This document shows positions 34,364-39,427 of a DNA stretch of 39,427 nucleotides, piece after piece; within the stretch, counting starts at the first letter, position 1, and the number at the start of each line of letters is the position of its first letter. Under the pieces are notes generated by a model, which saw only the letters and a list, made by a program, of their open reading frames with translations, did no database searches and had not been told where the DNA came from. A program made the translations under genes and the position numbers. This DNA comes from Octopus bimaculoides (Eukaryota): NCBI RefSeq assembly GCF_001194135.2, contig NC_068982.1, positions 32,459,311 through 32,498,737 of the forward strand. Reading direction: 5' to 3'.

Positions 34364-34729
34364 GCAAGAGCACTCAAGGAGTGCAAACCTCTGCTAAGGA
34401 AACACCAACGTCCTCTCAATGATTAGCCAGAGATGATTTTTAAGATGAGAATATTTGAAATAAACTCAACTGCTCTCACAAACGCGAATACTAAAAATTA
34501 ACCCGACCGCTCTCAAAAATTAAAAAAAAAGAAACAGGAAAAATAATCCAGAATCCTTGTCCACAACCAGATAGACTCCAAAATTTAATCAGTCCATGCC
34601 AGTCACTAGACCAAACATCCCTGAAAGTTTCATCCAAATTCATCCTGCGATTCTTGAGATACCTTGTTCACAGACAAACAAACAAATGTGACTGAAAAAG
34701 TATCTCTGCCTTTACTAAGGCAGAGGTAA
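34364..34729 (-). mobile_element. Non-autonomous Helentron-type element, second copy
   Basis: 5' palindrome ACCTCTGCCTT-agta-AAGGCAGAGAT, (GTTT/GTCT)n, 3' AGCAGAGGT and a perfect GCACTC-CTT-GAGTGC stem-loop. Colinear with 28553-28933. Confidence 0.72.
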
Positions 34730-34805
34730 TAATACTAAGGGAAGACACTTGGCAAGAAATGAAAACAAAACTGAAAGAAGAAAAACTCATAATAATAATA
34801 ATAAT

Positions 34806-35255
34806 CCTTTCTACTATAGGCAAAAGGCCTGAAATTTAGCAGGAGGGGAATAGTTGATTACATCAACCCCAGTGTTCCACTGGTACTTAATTTATTAACT
34901 CCGAAAGGATGAAAGGAAAAGTCGATCTCAGTAGAATTTGAACTCAGAAAGTAAAACCAGACGAAATACTGCTAAGCATTTTGCCCCAGCATGCTAACAA
35001 TTCTGCCAGCTCATTGCCTTAATAATAATGATAATAATAATCCTTCCCATCATAAGCGCAAGGCCTGAAATTTTGGGGGAGGGGGCCAGTCAATTACATC
35101 GACCCCAGGACGCAACTGGTACTTAATTTATCGACCCCGGAAAGATGAAAGGCAAAGTCGACCTCAGCGGAATTTGAACTCAGAACGTAACGACGGACGA
35201 AATACCGCTAAGCATTTTTCCCAGTATGCTAACGATTCTGCCAGCTCGCTGCCTT
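34806..35255 (-). mobile_element. Two head-to-tail (TTA)n-tailed tRNA-derived SINEs
   Basis: Units 34806-35020 and 35042-35255 are separated by AAT repeats. The minus-strand head AAGGCAGCGAGCTGGCAGAATCGTTAGC...GAGTTCAAATTCC carries A/B-box-like motifs. Confidence 0.85.
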
Positions 35256-35284
35256 AATAATAATAATAATAATANNNNNNNNNN

Positions 35285-35327
<43 letters not shown>

Positions 35328-35344
35328 GCTTCGAATTTAGATAT

Positions 35345-35723
35345 AAGCTTCAATATTTTGAGCTGCAGCAGTTAGTTGATACCACTGTAAAGAAAGAGGA
35401 TGTAAAATTAGAAAAATACAATCCCTTAAAATTTGAAATTGTAAGAATTTGCAGTATGAAAACTGTAAAATTGGGCCTGTAATAATTGGTGCATCAGAAA
35501 CTGTGAGTAAAGATATAGACGAATGGTTGAAGGAGATTGGAATAGAACATCTTGTAGAGCTGCTACAGAAAGTTTGCCTCTTAGGAACAAGATTATTGAG
35601 CACTTGAAAGACTATTGAAAGCCTATGGGTACCTAAAGTTACAGGTAGTAACCTGGTACCCACATAAATTCTACAGGAGTAAGAAGAAACCTGAGTCAGA
35701 TCGACAACAACAACAACAACAAC

Positions 35724-35770
<47 letters not shown>
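35345..35770 (+). mobile_element. R4/Dong-like 3' end with (AAC)n(AAT)n tail
   Basis: Translation KEDVKLEKYNPLKFEIVRI..MKTVK, then after a frameshift PVIIGASETVSKDIDEWLKEIGIEHLVELLQKVCLLGTRL. (AAT)n on both sides. Confidence 0.75.
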
Positions 35771-35799
35771 TGCTTGTTGAAATAGTCAATCAAAAGATT

Positions 35800-37800
35800 C
35801 AACTGAAAGGAGAGACAAATTCTACAGAAATATTACATGGCAAAAAAGAAATCACAACCACAATCAAAGAATGCCTATAGCTAGTCTTTACTGTATCTCA
35901 AAGAATACATTGTAATGAAAAGTGAACATAATTCTTTAAACAAAATAAACAGTTCCACTGCGACCAAAAACGATTTTATCAAAAAGTGGGTAAAAATAAA
36001 ATAGAAATCGATGTAGTGCTAACAACACAAGAAGTAAAAGTATTTTGTGGAGAAGTACGAACAACAAACAAATATGCACAGATGAAAATGTTTAAAGCAA
36101 ACAAGTGCGGTTCCCAAACAATTGTGAGAAGCAATAACAGTACAAAATTAGCTTAGACACTACTAAAACCAAATAAAACAAATACAGCAATAGAAAAGCA
36201 TCGGAAATTGATAAAAATTTCCAAACTTCTGATTGAAATATTTCATATGCGCATATAAATATTTAATTATCTTAATGGAAACAAAAAAGGAAAGAAACAA
36301 ATCTTAAATAGCTCACCAAAAGGAAAAACCATCTTAATCCCATAGATTTAAAAGACAACCATCAGAATCGAAGTCACTCCCAGAGGAACAGAAAGAATGT
36401 TGCAATGGCTCGTGTTTGTTCTAACGTTCAATGTCTGATCAACAAAGCCAAAGCAGATAAAGACTTATAGAAGGAGAAAGAAGAGTTCGACTATGGCATG
36501 GATTGGTTTCGAAAAGATCTTTGACAGACTTCACTACTTGTACTTACAAAAAGGATTAACCATGTGTCAGGAAGCACCCATAAGAAGCAAGTACCTGAAA
36601 TTTGTTACGGATAAATGAAAACCGATTCTGCGGATACAAACAAAAAAAGGATTTTCATTAGGTAAGTAATATTGTAAGGGGACACTCTTTCTCCATTTCA
36701 TTTCAAACTAGCATTAAAACGCTTTCAATCAATAGGCTGGACTCAGATATAGATGCTAGAAGAAAGCAATCAACATTTTTTTTTTTTTACGTTTAGATGA
36801 CACGAAGTTGTACGCTGCCAAGCACAAGGTCCAGTCCTTGCTGCAGTGTGATGGCTTGTGTGTCATATTGATCCTAAGAGCTATACCAATAGAGTGTAAG
36901 CTCCTGGTAGGTCCTCTTATTATGGACAGGTCAAAGGATAGAGGAAAGACTAATATGGACCACCTCTTCTCAAACTTAAAAATTGGTTTGTGTCGGGTGA
37001 AGGTATAGAAACATCGATGACAATTCAAAACCAGCAGGACCTGGGAGAGGAAGGCCTTCCTTCGGGGAAACGTATGACGTGGGGAAATGAAATCCGAAAG
37101 AGAGTCACAAGGAAGAGCAGGGGTCCAACTGGAGAGAAGCAGAAACAGTCCGGAGCACTAGAGTGTGTGACCCTCCTGTTTGCTGCCCCTGGACCCCACA
37201 AAAAATAAATACAGCAAACCCAAAAGGGTGTCCCTTTAAAAGTGCCGCCCGGGGCGGACTGCCCCTATCGCATACCTCATCCTTCCTCACACACACCTCC
37301 TCCAGCTACGCTAGTAGTCTAGAGTCGAAAACAGTAGAGATTGATCTCCACAGAGACCGCAAGGCTTAAGTTGAACAATGCAGGTAATAAACAGCTGGAA
37401 ACACATTTATTTTTTAACAAGAATACCCAGAATCAGTTATAGAAATTTGGTTTTGAAAATGTATAAATGCAACATTGAAAGGAAGCAGAGGAATGAAAAA
37501 TAATTTTAGAAAACAAATATTAGATAAAGAAACGGAGATCGGGGAATTAGATTAATCACGGGCTTACAAATACATAGAAACTACACAGGGTACAACACAA
37601 TCGAATGAAAGAGATTAGGAAGAAATATTTTAGGTGCATTAGATTTAATACTTAAAAGGTATTAAATTAATACTTAAAACCGAGCACAAAAAATTATAAA
37701 TAACGTCATAGATATCATTACTCAAGTGATACTAGCAATAAGTTATCGTATTCTAACTGTAAAATAAGAAAAATAACGAATAGAGTTAGATTACACAACT
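35800..37800 (+). pseudogene. Heavily degraded R4/Dong-like reverse transcriptase region, interrupted at about 36850-37430
   Basis: Recognisable peptides in order: FHCDQKRFYQKVGKNKIEIDV..TTQEVKVF; NRKAS-ID-IPNF*LKYF; GKTILIP; CLINKA...MAWIGFEKIFD; LDDTKLYA (YMDD motif, about 36793); FGFE-C; YKYI; IRKKYFRCIR-ILKTE. Many stops and frameshifts. Confidence 0.65.
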
Positions 37801-38370
37801 GTAATTCCATTCGTATATGTGGATGTGTGCAGATGTCTGATCCAGGAAATTCATAGGGCGTGGACCCTTAAGTATTTAACATGTATGTATGTATTATGTA
37901 GCATAGCTGTGTGGTTAAGAAGCTATGTTTCTGAGTTCGATCTGAGTGTATGACACCTATATTCTATATTATATTGTAATCCAGGGGTTAACCAATGTCT
38001 TGCACTTGGAATCTGGTAGTCGAAAACCGCACAGAAGCATTTAGTGTGTATATCTGTACGTGCACGTGTGTGTGTGTGTACCATTTTAACAAAAGCTACA
38101 CCGAGCCGCATCCTTTTACTCTTTTACATCAAAACGAAACTTGGTCATTTGATACATAAAAATCGTTAAGGATTCGGATCAATATGATCGACTACAAATA
38201 TATTGAAGATGATGCGCTGACATCACCGCAGTTCAGTGACATGAAACCAGTGAAAGATATATATATATAAGTATGTATGCATGTATGTATGTATGATGTA
38301 TTCATGTATGCATGTGTATGTATATATGCATGGATGTATATGTGAGGATGTGTACATACATATATTCATT

Positions 38371-38670
38371 TAACTGGCGCTCTGTCGGTTACGACGACGG
38401 GTTGATCCATTTCAACGAAACAGCCTACTCGTGAAATTAACGTGCAAGTGGCTGAGCACTCCACAGACACGTGTACCCTTAATGTAGTCCTCACGGAGAA
38501 TGAGCGTGACACAGAATATGACAAGGCTGGCCCTTTGAAAAACAGGTGCAACCGTTTTTTTGCCAACTGTGTGAACTGGAGCAACGTGCACAGGGACACA
38601 ATGCGCCGCCGAGCATCGAACATACGACCTTATGATTGCAAGCCAAATATCCTAGACATTAAGCCATACA
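38371..38670 (-). mobile_element. tRNA-derived SINE, diverged (same type as 28160)
   Basis: Contains gttgctccagttcacacagttggcaaaaaa, then tcaaagggccagccttgtca...tctgtggagtgctcagccacttgcacgttaatttcacgagtagg. Confidence 0.7.
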
Positions 38671-39427
38671 GCATCACACACACACACACATATACATATA
38701 TACATACATATAGATAGATAAACAGAGGTATGTAGTGTGTATTCATGTATACACAGATACAAACTCACCCTACATATATCTACATATATATTTGTGTGTG
38801 CGCATGTGGGTGTGTGTGTACATATCATATATGATAATTTGTGCTTGTTTTTGATATTATTGAATAGTGACTTCGAAGTTTCTTCGGTCGTTGCCCTCTC
38901 AAATAGTATACAGTCCGAGTAGGTGGGATATTCTTTATTTATTCTCATGGATGGGTGTGTTAAATGCAATGTGGGAGGAGTTGGATCCAATAATGAAATT
39001 GGTTTGGTCAATATTATTATTATTATTATTATTATTAGTTTACTTACTAAGTTTATTAAATAGTAGTAGTTAACGGAAGTGAGCGAAAACTGATGGAAGG
39101 AGAAACAGAGGAGGAGACAGAAGAAGCAAGAAATAGCATATTGATAATACGACGCTGAACGAGAAGACGGTAGAAGAGAAGATGAGAAGGAACGGGAGCT
39201 GTGGTGAGTGTGGAAGCTATGAAACGAAATTGAAGCAACTTAATATGTTTGAATTAGTAAAAGATAATTATTAATGTTCACAAGTTATAAATTACAATCA
39301 GTGACCATACTCTCACATACGCATGCACACACGCCACTCACACACACACATAACATATACATACATATATATATATATGTATGTATACATATACGAATAT
39401 ACATATATACGTATTTATATATATATA

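Noticed and set aside
37165-37320. GC-rich gtgccgcccggggcggactgccc with possible cactag.../gctacgctagt ends, inside the R4 RT
   Set aside because: It may be a small hAT-like insertion, but the termini match poorly and no target duplication is visible.
29214-39427. Expected upstream ADAMTS exon (Cys-rich domain, CGVCxGxGxxC, ending in phase 1)
   Set aside because: I did not find it on reading the minus strand. The intron is probably over 10 kb and the exon outside the window, though it could be hidden in the gap at 30371-30470.

Overview
Eukaryotic, AT-rich, microsatellite- and transposon-dense genomic DNA with six N gaps. The SINE/LINE families and (TA)n density suggest an octopus, but the species is inferred, not shown. 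The only host gene I can support is a six-exon segment of an ADAMTS7/12-type secreted metalloprotease on the minus strand: 29213-28960, 23427-23295, 15738-15612, 7390-7171, 1844-1695 and 1189-296. All junctions are GT-AG and phase-compatible, giving 1778 nt of open frame: spacer domain, four thrombospondin type-1 repeats (TSRs), a Thr/Ser/Pro mucin-like linker and the start of another TSR. The gene continues beyond both window ends. The introns hold RTE LINE 3' ends, R4/Dong-like and CRE-like non-LTR remnants, several tRNA-derived SINE families, Tc1/mariner and piggyBac-type MITEs, Helentron-type elements and minimal hammerhead-ribozyme motifs of the Penelope type. Most ORFs in the supplied track are artefacts of microsatellites or N runs. 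I found no clearly new gene system. The most unusual items are RNA-structural: a fold-back R4 insertion, a tRNA-like sequence caged in interleaved inverted repeats, hammerhead motifs in the sense of the host pre-mRNA, and inverted LINE copies bracketing two in-frame-skippable exons. All family assignments come from motif recognition by eye, without database searches.
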